Source of the DNA: Eledone cirrhosa
Taxonomy: Eukaryota
Direction of reading: 5' to 3'
DNA length: 64,000 nucleotides
NCBI GenBank assembly: GCA_964016885.1
Contig: OZ024741.1
Location: forward strand, 88,412,001 to 88,476,000
This document shows, in pieces, positions 62,940-64,000 of the stretch. Every line of letters starts with the position of its first letter. The stretch's first letter is position 1. Under the pieces are notes generated by a model. The model searched no databases, was not told the DNA's origin, and saw nothing but the letters and a program-made list of their open reading frames with translations. Both the position numbers and the translations under genes were made by a program.

Positions 62940-63436
62940 AAAAGAAGGGAGGTAGGCGTAAAATCCAAACTTGCTATCTTAAATTCGGTATTCATGCCAG
63001 CCCTTGCCTATGGTCATGAATCTTGGGTAATGACCGAAAGAATACGATCGCGAATACAAGCGGCCGAAATGGGGTTCCTCCAAAGGGTCTTTAATTAACG
63101 TTACTCGATAAAGTGCGTAATTCTGAGATCAGAGAGGCACTTCAATTAGAGCCTCTGCTTCTCGGAATTGGGAGATCGCAGCACAGATACTATGGGGATG
63201 TAGTGATAATCTCTTAGGAAAGAATCGCTGGACAGCTTTTACGGGCAAAAACCAACCGGAAAGAGACCTAGCGGTAGATACCGAGCATGATGGATGGATA
63301 ACATTCATGAACTTAGCTGGTCACGCTTGGGGATCCAGTTGGATCCGTTGAAGACGGTTGCTTCTGACAGGACCTGCTGGGGGGAGTGTTTGAAGACTCT
63401 GCCCTCCCGACCTGCTCAGGAATAAGTGGGCGAAGA
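62940..63436 (+). mobile_element. RTE (Expander/Rex3-like) 3' fragment
   Basis: LAYGHESWVMTERIRSRIQAAEMGFLQRV...DKVRNSEIREAL...RSQHRYYG. Confidence 0.88.
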
Positions 63437-64000
63437 AATTTCTTTTTCAGTTCACTACATACTTAAGAGAAGTAGTGATATATTATGATTATATTTATTT
63501 TCATGTAACAAATTAAGAATAAATAGAAGTCGAGACTTCGGCGGTCTCGGATCCCATACAGCCGAGCTCCTCCGTAACATCAGCCCGGCTAAGGAATGAG
63601 CCCTGGGCGGTGGGGTGGTTGTTACAGCGTGTGTCGCTGGCCATTGTCCGCAAAAATGTCTTTGCAATTTTGTCCATGGGACGCAGCCGAAACACCTAGG
63701 CGTTGAGCCTGTCACCCTGCCCCTCTCTTTCTTCTGTGGTCTTAATAGTCCTCGTTCTTTCCCTCATTTTCTTCTCATTTATTGCATTTAATTCCTTTCC
63801 TATACAACCAGATCTGCGCTTCTGTACCCCTTCACCCTTTTTTTCATTATTTACAAATCAATAAAATTTTAAAACTAGTACATACATACACTCACTTTGT
63901 CAGATTTTTAGTTGCCACCCACAAAAAATAATTCTTAAACAAGGCAGGTACAACTTAAAAATTCTTCGCTGGCGGCCAAACGTGATACGAGTTGCAAATT

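Overview
AT-rich, repeat-saturated animal genomic DNA with no host protein-coding gene that I can confidently call. The dense (TA)n/(CA)n microsatellites, many RTE LINEs with (GAT)n tails and tRNA-derived SINEs suggest an octopus or other coleoid cephalopod (inference). Mobile elements found: several RTE families (one young 5'-truncated copy with an open RT ORF carrying an inserted PHD-like C4HC3 finger), two Tx1/L1-clade LINEs, CRE-like and R4/Dong-like remnants, a Penelope-like GIY-YIG element, a Buster/Charlie hAT with intact 8-bp TSDs, a Tc1/mariner, MITEs, a non-autonomous Helitron and at least three SINE families. The main signal not shown by the ORF track is a set of minimal type-I hammerhead ribozyme motifs. 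Four have intact cores from four unrelated sequence families (2285, 28244, 32274, 38377), one of them a U3-A8 core variant, and several more are decayed. One family is physically linked to the Penelope GIY-YIG ORF, and two motifs sit in or beside fold-back palindromes inserted at (TA)n tracts. All folds, alignments and boundaries were done by eye.
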